DNA of 32,000 nucleotides, taken from assembly GCF_900199515.1 (NCBI RefSeq), contig NZ_LT963434.1, positions 693,272-725,271 of the forward strand, in the 5' to 3' direction. This DNA comes from Massilicoli timonensis. Its GTDB lineage: Bacteria; Bacillota_I; Bacilli_A; Erysipelotrichales; Erysipelotrichaceae. Below, one piece after another: positions 15,074 to 23,842 of this stretch. A model generated the notes under the pieces. The model did not search any database. It saw nothing but the letters and a program-made list of their open reading frames with translations, and was not told where the DNA came from. The first letter of the stretch is position 1, and every line of letters starts with the position of its first letter. Both the position numbers and the translations under genes were made by a program.

Positions 15074-16036
15074 TCACTCTGTTTTTTCGGGAAGCTGCCA
15101 GTACCACTGACTGCCCTCTTTAACCGATTGGACATTTAGTGCTTTCTTTGCTTCATCCAGCACACGCTTTGAAATTCCCATCGCCTGTGCTTTCTTTACC
15201 AATTCTTTCTGCGGGTATTTGCCCTTTGAAAGATATTCGAGTATTAAGTTTTCAGCCTGCTCTGATTTCTTTTCTTTCGGAATGCCACTTAACAGATCGT
15301 CAACCGAGATATCGTAATGACCGAGCCAACTAAATCCGTTTTCTTTGTCCAGTTCAAAGGCAATCGCTTCACCTTCGGGTGCAAGGGAAGACTTGTCCTG
15401 CACCATCACTCGCACCTGCGGATTGTCTTTGATTCTCCCGACAATCAGAACACTTCTTGCCGAAGCTTGAAAGTCAATGGAACCAAGTCCACGGTAGGAA
15501 GATTTGTTTCCGCTTCCTTTGTTCATATGACCGACGAGCAGAACTGCACAGTCATATTTTTCTGCGATTCTTCCCAGCTGTGCCATCACATTGCGGACTT
15601 CATTAGCGTTGTTCATATTGATATTCGCACCGACATACGCCTGAATCGGATCAAGGATTACCACCCTTGCACCGACTTCTATAATTGCTTTTTCAATGCG
15701 TTCATCCAGCATACTGAGTGCGACTTCCGATTCGTCTATAACTTTAATTTGCGTACAGTCTGCCTCAGCCGCTTCCAACCTCGGCTTGATGGTATCTTCC
15801 AGTCCGTCCTCTGCAGTTTGATAGATGATCTTTACAGGCTCACGCTCAGTATCATCATAGGGCGGCGCTTCTCCTTTAGAGAGAAGCGCCGCCAGTCTTA
15901 ACGCCAAAGTTGTTTTGCCCTCACCGGGATCGCCCTGAATAATTGTGATTTTTCCGTATGGGATATATGGATACCAAAGCCAGTTCACTTGTTTGCTCTG
16001 GACTTCATCCATACTGATAATTTTAAGTTCTGCCAT
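15074..16036 (-). CDS. AAA-family (RepA/DnaB-like, AAA_25-type) ATPase of mobile elements
   Basis: ORF track, 320 aa. Walker A is GDPGEGKTT. Walker B-like is VVILDPI. There is a C-terminal HTH-like tail. The N-terminus W-L-W-x-P-Y-I-P-x-G-K is typical of this family. Confidence 0.75.
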   Translation of the reverse strand: MAELKIISMDEVQSKQVNWLWYPYIPYGKITIIQGDPGEGKTTLALRLAALLSKGEAPPYDDTEREPVKIIYQTAEDGLEDTIKPRLEAAEADCTQIKVIDESEVALSMLDERIEKAIIEVGARVVILDPIQAYVGANINMNNANEVRNVMAQLGRIAEKYDCAVLLVGHMNKGSGNKSSYRGLGSIDFQASARSVLIVGRIKDNPQVRVMVQDKSSLAPEGEAIAFELDKENGFSWLGHYDISVDDLLSGIPKEKKSEQAENLILEYLSKGKYPQKELVKKAQAMGISKRVLDEAKKALNVQSVKEGSQWYWQLPEKTE

Positions 16037-16167
16037 TCATACCACCGCCTTTCAAAATAAAAGTGTTGATTTTCAAGTGATATGTGGTTATACTATTAAC
16101 AGATACATTGAGTGACTGCCTTTCATCTGCGCCAACAGATGATTTTCGGGCGGTCATTTCTTTTTTA

Positions 16168-16500
16168 TCATTCATTTGCATTCTCTCCTTTCAGTCCGTG
16201 CATTGTAAAGGCAATAAGGTCAATAGTGTCGAGCAGTTCCGTTTGGACATTCTCACCTGCGGCAATACGCTGTAATTCCTCAAGGATAAATGCCATCTGC
16301 GTTTTCAGCGCCTTATAAACTCTCGGATTTGGCTGAACCACTACCTCACGCCCCATACACTTGCGGTAACAGTATTCCTGTTTCGGCAGTCCCGAAAGAG
16401 CAACTGCTCTGTTGAGTTCTTCCTGTTCTTCGGGTGATACTCGAAATCCTACGGTAATACTGCGGAAACGGTTGTGGCGGTCTACATTTTTAGCTGACAT
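16168..16500 (-). CDS. MobC-like relaxosome accessory protein
   Basis: ORF track, 110 aa. RFRSITVGFRVSPEEQEELNRAVALSG is a ribbon-helix-helix / MobC-type pattern. It sits in the mobilisation module. Confidence 0.55.
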   Translation of the reverse strand: MSAKNVDRHNRFRSITVGFRVSPEEQEELNRAVALSGLPKQEYCYRKCMGREVVVQPNPRVYKALKTQMAFILEELQRIAAGENVQTELLDTIDLIAFTMHGLKGENANE

Positions 16501-16504
16501 ATCA

Positions 16505-16672
16505 TCACACTCCTTTATTCATAAAATCAAGTTTAACTGCCATTTCCTTTTGTTTTGACGGGAATAGATGAGCATAGCGGTAAGTGATTTCTATGCTTTC
16601 GTGTCCCACTCGGTCAGCAATAGCAACGGCGGAAAATCCCATATCAATTAAAAGACTGATATGGCTGTGCCC
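16505..16672 (-). pseudogene. 3'-terminal stub of a tyrosine recombinase (integrase) gene
   Basis: The minus strand reads G-HSHISLLIDMGFSAVAIADRVGHESIEITYRYAHLFPSKQKEMAVKLDFMNKGV* (stop 16505..16507). This is the box II region with the conserved His residues and catalytic Tyr. The frame is closed by the TAA at 16673..16675 exactly where the conserved R of R-H-S-H is expected. Confidence 0.7.
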
Positions 16673-16878
16673 TTACGGTATAATTACGACAAACCGGAAA
16701 AGCCCCGTAGGATCAAGGGTTTTGAGGTTTTCAGTCTGATTTTTTCATCCTTTTCCAAACCGAAAAATCATACTGAAATAAGTCGAATTGCAGGAGGTGT
16801 TTCATTAACGACAAATGAATAGCAGAAAGGAACTCAAAACCTTTTGATTCCAAACACAACAGAATATTGGATTTAAGC

Positions 16879-16918
16879 GAAGCCGTCACTTGTTTTAAGT
16901 GGCGGCTTTTGTTGTTTC
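16879..16918 (+). terminator. rho-independent terminator-like hairpin with no upstream plus-strand gene
   Basis: AGCCGTCACTT (16881..16891), loop gtttt, AAGTGGCGGCT (16897..16907; one G-U pair), followed by TTTTGTTGTTT. Confidence 0.5.
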
Positions 16919-16963
16919 CAGGGCTGTTATGCAGGCACATGACAACACCCAATCAGAAATGAG

Positions 16964-17794
16964 GTGAAGTCATTGAACCCACAAATCATCGCCGTTGCCA
17001 ACCAGAAGGGCGGCGTCGGCAAAACGACTACCTGCGCCAACTTAGGCATCGGGCTGGCGCAGGCCGGAAAGAAGGTGCTGCTGGTGGATGCTGACCCGCA
17101 GGCCAGCCTCACCATCAGCCTGGGCAACCCGCAGCCGGACAAGCTGCCCTTTACCCTGTCCGATGCGATGGGCCGTATTCTCATGGACGACCCGATCAAA
17201 CCCGGCGAGGGCATCCTGCACCACCCGGAGGGCGTGGACCTGATGCCTGCCGACATCCAGCTCTCCGGCATGGAGGTATCCCTGGTGAATGCCATGAGCC
17301 GCGAGACGATTCTGCGGCAGTATCTGGACACGGTGAAGGGACAGTATTCCCATATCCTCATCGACTGCCAACCCTCCCTGGGAATGCTCACGGTCAACGC
17401 GCTGGCCGCCGCCAACAGGATCATAGTCCCCGTCCAAGCGGAGTATCTGCCCGCCAAGGGCCTGGAACAGCTGCTGTCCACCATCAACAAGGTCAAGCGG
17501 CAGTTAAATCCCAAGCTCCAGATCGACGGTATTCTGCTGACGATGGTGGACAACCGCACCAACTTTGCCAAAGAGATCGCCGCCCTGCTGCGGGAGACCT
17601 ACGGCAGCAAAATCAAGGTGTTCGGCACCGAGATTCCCCACTCGGTTCGAGCCAAGGAGATCAGCGCCGAGGGCAAGAGTATCTTCGCACATGACCCCGG
17701 CGGCAAGGTGGCGGAAGCCTATAAAAATCTGACGCGGGAGGTGATAAAACTTGAAAAGCAGCGCGAAAAAAGTAGAGCTGGCCTCAGTCGATGA
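16964..17794 (+). CDS. parA: ParA/Soj-family partition ATPase
   Basis: ORF track, 276 aa. The deviant Walker A is [14 protein letters not shown]. The more likely start is TTG 16973 (GAGGTG 6 nt upstream). Confidence 0.9.
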   Translation: MKSLNPQIIAVANQKGGVGKTTTCANLGIGLAQAGKKVLLVDADPQASLTISLGNPQPDKLPFTLSDAMGRILMDDPIKPGEGILHHPEGVDLMPADIQLSGMEVSLVNAMSRETILRQYLDTVKGQYSHILIDCQPSLGMLTVNALAAANRIIVPVQAEYLPAKGLEQLLSTINKVKRQLNPKLQIDGILLTMVDNRTNFAKEIAALLRETYGSKIKVFGTEIPHSVRAKEISAEGKSIFAHDPGGKVAEAYKNLTREVIKLEKQREKSRAGLSR

Positions 17795-18686
17795 CCTGTT
17801 TTCCACCGAGGAAAGCCGCGCCGACGCCCAGCGTGAAAAAGTCATGGAAATTCCCTTGTCGGAGCTGCACCCATTCAAGGATCACCCCTTTAAGGTCAAG
17901 GACGATGAGGCCATGATGGAGACCGCCGACAGCATCCGGCAGTACGGCGTACTGGTCCCGGCCATTGCCCGCCCGGACCCTAATGGCGGCTATGAGCTGG
18001 TTGCCGGGCACCGGCGGCACCGAGCTAGCGAGCTGGCGGGTAAAGAAACCATGCCGGTGATTGTCCGCGACCTGGACGATGACCAGGCCACCATCATCAT
18101 GGTTGACAGCAATTTGCAGCGGGAAAGCCTGCTCCCCAGTGAAAGGGCTTTTGCCTACAAGATGAAGCTGGAAGCTATGAAGCGACAAGCTGGCAGACCG
18201 TCCAAAGAAAATTGTTCCCAAGTTGGGAACGATTTTGGGAAGAAGTCGAGCGAGGTATTGGCTGAACAGGTCGGCCAGAGTAAAAACCAGATTTTTCGTT
18301 ATATCCGCCTCACCGAGCTAATTCCCGAACTGCTGGACATGGTGGACGAGAAGAAAATCGCCTTCAATCCGGCCTACGAGCTGTCCTTCCTCAAAAAAGA
18401 GGAACAGGTGGATTTGCTGGACGCGATGGACAGCGAACAGGCCACGCCGTCGCTCTCCCAGGCCCAGCGGCTGAAAAAGTACAGCCAGGAGGGCCACCTG
18501 ACCCTCGACATGATGCGGGTCATCATGGGCGAAGAAAAGAAAAGCGACCTGGACAAGATCACCTTCACCAGCGACACCCTGCGCAAATATTTTCCCCGGA
18601 GCTATACGCCCCAGCGGATGCAGGAGACCATCATCAAGCTGCTGGAACAGTGGCAGCGCAAGCGCCAGCAACAGCATGAACGCTGA
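17751..18686 (+). CDS. parB: ParB/Spo0J-like nuclease-domain partition protein
   Basis: ORF track, 311 aa. The ParB N-terminal box is [27 protein letters not shown]. The start is TTG, preceded by GGAGGTG. It overlaps the parA end by 44 nt. Confidence 0.9.
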   Translation: MKSSAKKVELASVDDLFSTEESRADAQREKVMEIPLSELHPFKDHPFKVKDDEAMMETADSIRQYGVLVPAIARPDPNGGYELVAGHRRHRASELAGKETMPVIVRDLDDDQATIIMVDSNLQRESLLPSERAFAYKMKLEAMKRQAGRPSKENCSQVGNDFGKKSSEVLAEQVGQSKNQIFRYIRLTELIPELLDMVDEKKIAFNPAYELSFLKKEEQVDLLDAMDSEQATPSLSQAQRLKKYSQEGHLTLDMMRVIMGEEKKSDLDKITFTSDTLRKYFPRSYTPQRMQETIIKLLEQWQRKRQQQHER

Positions 18687-18700
18687 GAGAGGAGTTGCCT

Positions 18701-18979
18701 ATGAGGGATATTTCAGCCCGCGAGCTGAAAGGACATAACATTTTGGCTGTGGAGCGATTTCAGGACAGCACCCGCTGGATGGTGGAGTTTGCGGTCCGCA
18801 AGCCCCGCACCCCTTACGGCAGCCCCGGCGACGAGGTGCGCCTGTTTCTCACCGAGGACGGCTACCGGCAGGCCCTGGACGCCCAGCGCAGCCAGCAGAT
18901 CAAAATTAAGCGCCATGCCCACGTTGTCGAGGGGCACATCATCGACTTCAAGCCGAAGAAAAAGCGCCGCCACCCGTAA
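18701..18979 (+). CDS. hypothetical small basic protein
   Basis: ORF track 18695..18979. GAGAGGAG RBS, then ATG 18701. The codon usage is GC-rich and matches the neighbours. No motif recognised. Confidence 0.5.
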   Translation: MRDISARELKGHNILAVERFQDSTRWMVEFAVRKPRTPYGSPGDEVRLFLTEDGYRQALDAQRSQQIKIKRHAHVVEGHIIDFKPKKKRRHP

Positions 18980-19009
18980 ACCCACCGCTTGCCAAGAAAG
19001 GACTGAACT

Positions 19010-19195
19010 ATGTGTACCGTTAGAGACATTGAAGAAGCCATCCGCGAACACTGCCAATCCCAGCATGACATGGAAAGCACCGAGATCGACCAGGTAATGC
19101 AGCGCCTGCCCTTCGGCACCGCGCAGGACGTTTTTACCCGGCCCCCTGTGCCGAAGCCGCCGTATTCCTGGCGCAGCCGGAACGACCGCACCTGA
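19010..19195 (+). CDS. hypothetical protein (61 aa)
   Basis: ORF track. It is co-directional and followed directly by a terminator. The RBS is weak. Confidence 0.4.
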   Translation: MCTVRDIEEAIREHCQSQHDMESTEIDQVMQRLPFGTAQDVFTRPPVPKPPYSWRSRNDRT

Positions 19196-19198
19196 CCG

Positions 19199-19229
19199 CC
19201 GCAGTCTTTTTGAAGATTGCGGCTTTTTT
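19199..19229 (+). terminator. rho-independent terminator ending the parA-parB operon
   Basis: CCGCAGTCTT (19199..19208), loop tttg, AAGATTGCGG (19213..19222; one G-U pair), then C and T6 (19224..19229). Confidence 0.6.
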
Positions 19230-19259
19230 CATGCCATGAATGCCGAAAGGAGTGATGAA

Positions 19260-20114
19260 ATGGCCGTTTTTCGTATTGAACGGACCCGTGATTATACCGT
19301 TATGAGCAACCACCACCTGCGCGACAAGGCGCTGTCGCTGAAATCCAAGGGGCTGCTTTCCATGATGCTGTCCTTGCCGGAGGACTGGAACTACACCACA
19401 CGCGGCCTCGCCAAAATCTGCAAGGAGGGCGTGGACGCCATCGGCGGGGCGCTGCGGGAGCTGGAAGCCGCCGGGTACATCGTCCGCCACCAGATGCGGG
19501 ACCGGCAGGGGCGCATCAGCGACACCGAGTATGTCATCTATGAGCAGCCCCAGCCGGATACGGCTTCACCAGATACGGAAAACCCGTATCTGGATAGCCC
19601 GGATACGGAAAAGCCCGCAGAATTAAATATAGAGAAATCAAAGACCCAAAAATCAAATACCCAGGGATCAAGTACCGATTCCATTCCCTTCCGGGAAACT
19701 GCGGCGGCCAGGCCGCCGGAACGGAAAGGACGGGATGCAATGTCGGTGGAAGAAATGCAGAGTTATCGGGATTTGGTGTTGGAGAACATCGAGTACGACC
19801 ACCTGTGCCGGGAGTTTGCCACCTACCGGGAGGATTTGGACGAGATCGTGGAGCTGATCGTGGAAACGGTCTGCGCCAGGCGTAAGACCACCCGGATCGC
19901 CGGGGCGGACTTCCCCCATGAGGTGGTGCGGTCCCGGTTCTTGAAACTGGACAGCTCCCACATCGAGTTCGTCATGGAGTGCCTGCACAACAACACCACC
20001 GAGGTCCGCAACATGAAGCAGTACCTGCTGACCGTGCTGTTCAACGCGCCCACCACCATGAACAATCACTACACGGCCCAGGTCAACCACGATATGCACG
20101 CAGGCGGCTGGTAA
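19260..20114 (+). CDS. helix-turn-helix replication-initiator-like protein (DUF6017-type)
   Basis: ORF track 19236..20114. AAGGAGTGA RBS, then ATG 19260. The N-terminus is MAVFRIERTRDYTVMSNHHLRDKALSLKSKGLLSMMLSLPEDWNYT. A central repeated P-D-T-x-x-P linker is typical of this ICE-associated family, by memory. Confidence 0.6.
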   Translation: MAVFRIERTRDYTVMSNHHLRDKALSLKSKGLLSMMLSLPEDWNYTTRGLAKICKEGVDAIGGALRELEAAGYIVRHQMRDRQGRISDTEYVIYEQPQPDTASPDTENPYLDSPDTEKPAELNIEKSKTQKSNTQGSSTDSIPFRETAAARPPERKGRDAMSVEEMQSYRDLVLENIEYDHLCREFATYREDLDEIVELIVETVCARRKTTRIAGADFPHEVVRSRFLKLDSSHIEFVMECLHNNTTEVRNMKQYLLTVLFNAPTTMNNHYTAQVNHDMHAGGW

Positions 20115-20153
20115 TGGCCGCCTTTTCTGCTGCACCGCCCAAGGAGGCACGAT

Positions 20154-20921
20154 ATGAACCAGATGGAAATTTTCAAAAACCCGGAGTTTGGAAGCATCCG
20201 CACTTTTGAGCAGGACGGCAAGGTGCTGTTCTGCGGAACGGATGTAGCAACTGCTTTGGGATATGCCAATCCCCGTAAGGCCGTCCGCGACCACACCCGC
20301 TGTGGAACGAAATGTTCCATAGGGGTCCAGACCGGCAAGAAGGCAGATGGCTCACCCGCCGTACAGATGGTGGAGATGCTCTTTATCCCCGAAGGCGACG
20401 TTTACCGGCTCATCGTCCACAGCAAGCTGCCCTCGGCGGAGCGATTTGAACGCTGGGTGTTCGATGAAGTCCTGCCCAGCATCCGCCAGCACGGAGCTTA
20501 CCTCACCAGAGAAAAGCTGTGGGAGGTCGCCACCTCGCCGGAGGCGCTGCTGAAGCTCTGCTCCGACCTGCTGGCCGAGCGTGAGAAAAACGCGGCACTG
20601 CAAGCGGACAACGCCCGGCTGCAAGGCAAGGCCGTCTACTACGACCTGTTTATCGACCTGCGGCACAGCACCAACCTGCGCACCACCGCCAAGGAGCTGG
20701 AGGTGCCGGAACGGCGCTTCGTCCGCTTTCTGCTGGAACGCCGGTACGTCTACCGCACCCCCTCTGGCTGTGTGCTGCCCTACGCCAAGAGCGCCAACGA
20801 GGGGTTGTTCTGTGTGAAGGATTTCTGCCGCAACGGCCACACCGGCTCCTACACGCTGGTGACGCCCAAGGGCAAGCTGCACTTTGCGGAACTGCGATCG
20901 CTGATCCTGGTGACGGTATGA
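20154..20921 (+). CDS. Bro-N / KilAC-domain phage antirepressor-like protein
   Basis: ORF track, 255 aa. The N-terminal Bro-N pattern is FKNPEFGSIRTF...LFCGTDVATALGYANPRKAV...FIPEGDVYRLIVHSKLPSAERFERWVFDEVLPSIRQHGAY. Confidence 0.85.
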   Translation: MNQMEIFKNPEFGSIRTFEQDGKVLFCGTDVATALGYANPRKAVRDHTRCGTKCSIGVQTGKKADGSPAVQMVEMLFIPEGDVYRLIVHSKLPSAERFERWVFDEVLPSIRQHGAYLTREKLWEVATSPEALLKLCSDLLAEREKNAALQADNARLQGKAVYYDLFIDLRHSTNLRTTAKELEVPERRFVRFLLERRYVYRTPSGCVLPYAKSANEGLFCVKDFCRNGHTGSYTLVTPKGKLHFAELRSLILVTV

Positions 20922-21009
20922 CAGGCCGGTATCTGCTGCGGCGGCTGGTGGTCCCGCCTTAGTATCAAGCGCCACCCCTGCAAAATCCGTGGAAAGGAGG
21001 CGATGACCT

Positions 21010-21510
21010 ATGCAGGAGGAAGTGGAAAACAGGACTTTGACGCTGATCGTCAGCGGGACAAAGTTCACCGGGCGGCTGTTCAAGGCCGCCATATCCAAGT
21101 ACATGGCCCACCGCAGGGAGAAAAAGCTGGAAAAGCAGCGCGGCCGGGATTCCCCCGTCACCCCCAAGGGCAAGCAGACCGTGAAGCAGCTCATCGGGCA
21201 GAACCAGGGCGTCTCCAACATCGAGATCAACGACCCGTCCATCAAGGATTTTGAGCGCATCGCCCGCAAGTACGGCGTGGACTATGCGGTGAAAAAGGAC
21301 CGCAGCGCCTCGCCGCCCAAGTATCTGATCTTCTTCAAGGGCCGGGACGCCGACGCGCTGACCGCTGCTTTTTCTGAATACACCCAGAAAAAGGTCAAGA
21401 AGGCCGACCGCAGCGAGCGCCCCTCCGTGCTGGCAAAACTGGCCCAGTTCAAGGAGCTGCTCAAAAATACCGTGGTGGACCGCAGCCGCCGGAAGGAGCT
21501 GGAACGATGA
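21010..21510 (+). CDS. PcfB-family (DUF3801) conjugation protein
   Basis: ORF track, 166 aa. GAAAGGAGG RBS. ...KQTVKQLIGQNQGVSNIEINDPSIKDFERIARKYGVDYAVKKD... is typical of PcfB. ATGA overlap with the coupling-protein gene. Confidence 0.7.
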   Translation: MQEEVENRTLTLIVSGTKFTGRLFKAAISKYMAHRREKKLEKQRGRDSPVTPKGKQTVKQLIGQNQGVSNIEINDPSIKDFERIARKYGVDYAVKKDRSASPPKYLIFFKGRDADALTAAFSEYTQKKVKKADRSERPSVLAKLAQFKELLKNTVVDRSRRKELER

Positions 21511-23336
21511 AGCAGCTGAATATCAAAAAGCTGGTTCTGCTGAACCTGCCCTACTTCCTGCTGGGCCTGTTCGCAACCAACCTGGGGGAAGCCTGGCGGC
21601 TGGCGACCGGCGCGGATGCGTCTGCCAAGATGCTCTCATTCTTCTCCACCCTGCCGGTGGCGCTGGAGAGCTGGTGGCCCAGCCTGCACCCGCTGGATTT
21701 GCTGGTGGGGCTTTGCTGCGGCGCTGGCCTGCGGCTGGCGGTGTATCTGAAAGGCAAGAACGCCAAAAAATACCGCCACAACGTGGAGTATGGTTCGGCC
21801 CGATGGGGCACCCATGAGGATATTGCCCCCTACATCGACCCGGTGTTCCAGAATAACGTCATTCTGACCCAGACCGAGCGGCTTACCATGTCCAGCCGTC
21901 CCAAGAACCCCAAGTATGCCCGCAACAAGAACGTGCTGGTCATCGGCGGCAGCGGTTCCGGCAAGACCCGCTTCTGGCTCAAGCCGAATTTGATGCAGAT
22001 GCACAGCTCCTACGTCGTTACCGATCCCAAGGGCACCATCCTGGTGGAGTGCGGCAAAATGCTCCAGCGGGGTGCGCCCAAGCTGGGCAAGGACGGCAAG
22101 CCGGTGAAGGACAAACACGGCAAAATCGTGTATGAGCCATACCAGATCAAGGTGCTGAACACCATCAACTTCAAAAAGTCCATGCACTATAACCCCTTCA
22201 GCTACATCCACTCGGAGAAGGACATCTTGAAGCTGGTGACAACGCTGATCGCCAACACCAAGGGAGAGGGCAAGGCCGGGGACGATTTCTGGGTCAAGGC
22301 GGAAACGCTGCTGTACTGCGCGCTGATCGGCTACATCCACTATGAGGCCCCGGTGGAGGAACAGAACTTCTCCACCCTCATCGAGATGATCAACAGCATG
22401 GAGGTCCGGGAGGACGATGAGGAGTTCAAAAACGCCGTGGACCTGATGTTCGATGAGCTGAAAGAGCGGGACCCCAACCACTTCGCGGTGCGGCAATATG
22501 CCAAATATAAATTGGCCGCGGGCAAAACCGCTAAGAGCATATTGGTGAGCTGCGGCGCACGGCTGGCGGTGTTCGACATTGCGGAGTTGCGGGAGGTCAC
22601 GTCCTACGACGAGCTGGAGCTGGACACCCTGGGCGACCGCCGGACGGCGCTGTTTTTGATTATGAGTGACACGGACGATTCCTTTAATTTTTTAATCTCC
22701 ATGTGCTACACCCAGCTTTTCAACCTGCTCTGTGAAAAGGCCGACGATGTGTACGGCGGGCGGCTGCCGGTTCATGTGCGGTGCCTCATCGACGAGTGCG
22801 CCAACATTGGGCAAATCCCAAAACTGGAAAAGCTGGTCGCCACCATCCGAAGCCGGGAGATTTCCGCCTGCCTGGTCTTGCAGGCACAGAGCCAGCTCAA
22901 GGCCATCTACAAGGACAACGCGGATACCATCATCGGCAACATGGATTCCTCCATCTTCCTGGGCGGCAAGGAGCCGACCACCCTCAAGGAGCTGGAGGCC
23001 GTGCTGGGAAAAGAGACCATCGACACCTACAACACCGGCGAGAGCCGTGGGCGGGAGACTTCCCACTCGCTCAACTATCAAAAATTGGGGAAGGCGCTGA
23101 TGAGCCAGGATGAGCTGGCCGTCATGGACGGCGGCAAGTGCATCCTCCAGCTGCGCGGGGTGCGGCCTTTCCTGTCGGACAAGTACGACATCACCCAGCA
23201 CCCCAACTACAAGTACACCGCTGACGCTGACCCGAAGAACGCCTTTGACATCGAAGGTTATCTCAAGGCCCGGCTGAAGCTCAAAACCAACCAGGTCTGC
23301 GACGTGTATGAGATCGACGCCGCAGCTGGCGAATGA
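21507..23336 (+). CDS. VirD4/TraG-type type IV secretion coupling protein
   Basis: ORF track, 609 aa. It has N-terminal TM helices. Walker A is VIGGSGSGKT. Walker B region is RCLIDECANIG. Confidence 0.9.
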   Translation: MKQLNIKKLVLLNLPYFLLGLFATNLGEAWRLATGADASAKMLSFFSTLPVALESWWPSLHPLDLLVGLCCGAGLRLAVYLKGKNAKKYRHNVEYGSARWGTHEDIAPYIDPVFQNNVILTQTERLTMSSRPKNPKYARNKNVLVIGGSGSGKTRFWLKPNLMQMHSSYVVTDPKGTILVECGKMLQRGAPKLGKDGKPVKDKHGKIVYEPYQIKVLNTINFKKSMHYNPFSYIHSEKDILKLVTTLIANTKGEGKAGDDFWVKAETLLYCALIGYIHYEAPVEEQNFSTLIEMINSMEVREDDEEFKNAVDLMFDELKERDPNHFAVRQYAKYKLAAGKTAKSILVSCGARLAVFDIAELREVTSYDELELDTLGDRRTALFLIMSDTDDSFNFLISMCYTQLFNLLCEKADDVYGGRLPVHVRCLIDECANIGQIPKLEKLVATIRSREISACLVLQAQSQLKAIYKDNADTIIGNMDSSIFLGGKEPTTLKELEAVLGKETIDTYNTGESRGRETSHSLNYQKLGKALMSQDELAVMDGGKCILQLRGVRPFLSDKYDITQHPNYKYTADADPKNAFDIEGYLKARLKLKTNQVCDVYEIDAAAGE

Positions 23337-23446
23337 TGTTCCGCTTTAGAAGGGAGTGATCGTATCTATCCGCCACAACCGCCCCGCTGGGGCCATCGGC
23401 GTACAAAGCGGACGATCTCTATCAAAAATAATGAAAAAGGAGGAAG

Positions 23447-23496
23447 GCCGGAGTCAGCCAGCCCGGAAACCGGGCGGCGGATTGTCCGGCTTTTGT
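23447..23496 (+). terminator. terminator-like compound stem-loop after the coupling-protein gene
   Basis: Outer stem GCCGGA (23447..23452) / TCCGGC (23485..23490) encloses CCCGG-aaa-CCGGG and is followed by TTTTGTATG. Confidence 0.4.
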
Positions 23497-23554
23497 ATGC
23501 CTATGAACCATAACTAATCAATCTTTTTCAAACTGATTCCGGCCAACTTTATTT

Positions 23555-23773
23555 ATGGAATTTTTCAATCAGGCAATTACCGTTCTCCAGACCCTCGTTA
23601 TCGCCCTCGGTGCCGGTCTCGGCGTGTGGGGTGTCATCAACCTGCTGGAAGGCTATGGCAACGACAACCCCGGTGCGAAATCGCAGGGCATGAAACAGCT
23701 CATGGCCGGCGCGGGCGTCGCCATCGTCGGCATGGTGCTGGTGCCCCTGCTGTCCGGCCTGTTCACCGTCTGA
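23555..23773 (+). CDS. Maff2-family small membrane protein
   Basis: ORF track, 72 aa. It has two hydrophobic segments with a GYGNDNPGAKSQG loop, the typical Maff2 layout in Clostridia conjugative elements. Confidence 0.7.
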   Translation: MEFFNQAITVLQTLVIALGAGLGVWGVINLLEGYGNDNPGAKSQGMKQLMAGAGVAIVGMVLVPLLSGLFTV

Positions 23774-23842
23774 TCGTTTCCCGCTGAAATCCTCGCCCCC
23801 TCCCGCTGTGCGCGGGAGGGGCAGAAAGGAGGCTGACACCGT

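Larger units (their letters stand above)
13186..16672 (-). mobile_element. mobilisation module of an integrative mobilizable element (int stub, mobC, ATPase, mobV relaxase plus oriT, tnpV)
   Basis: The gene content listed above is all on the minus strand and AT-rich. Combining TnpV with a Pre/Mob relaxase recalls Tn4451-type mobilizable transposons. Confidence 0.6.

Noticed and set aside
19554-19612. Three CC(G/A)GATACGG repeats plus the GATACGG/CCGTATC inverted repeat as iterons or an origin
   Set aside because: They encode a repeated P-D-T-x-x-P peptide linker inside the replication-initiator-like protein. The protein-level repeat explains the DNA repeat, and there is no independent evidence for an origin.
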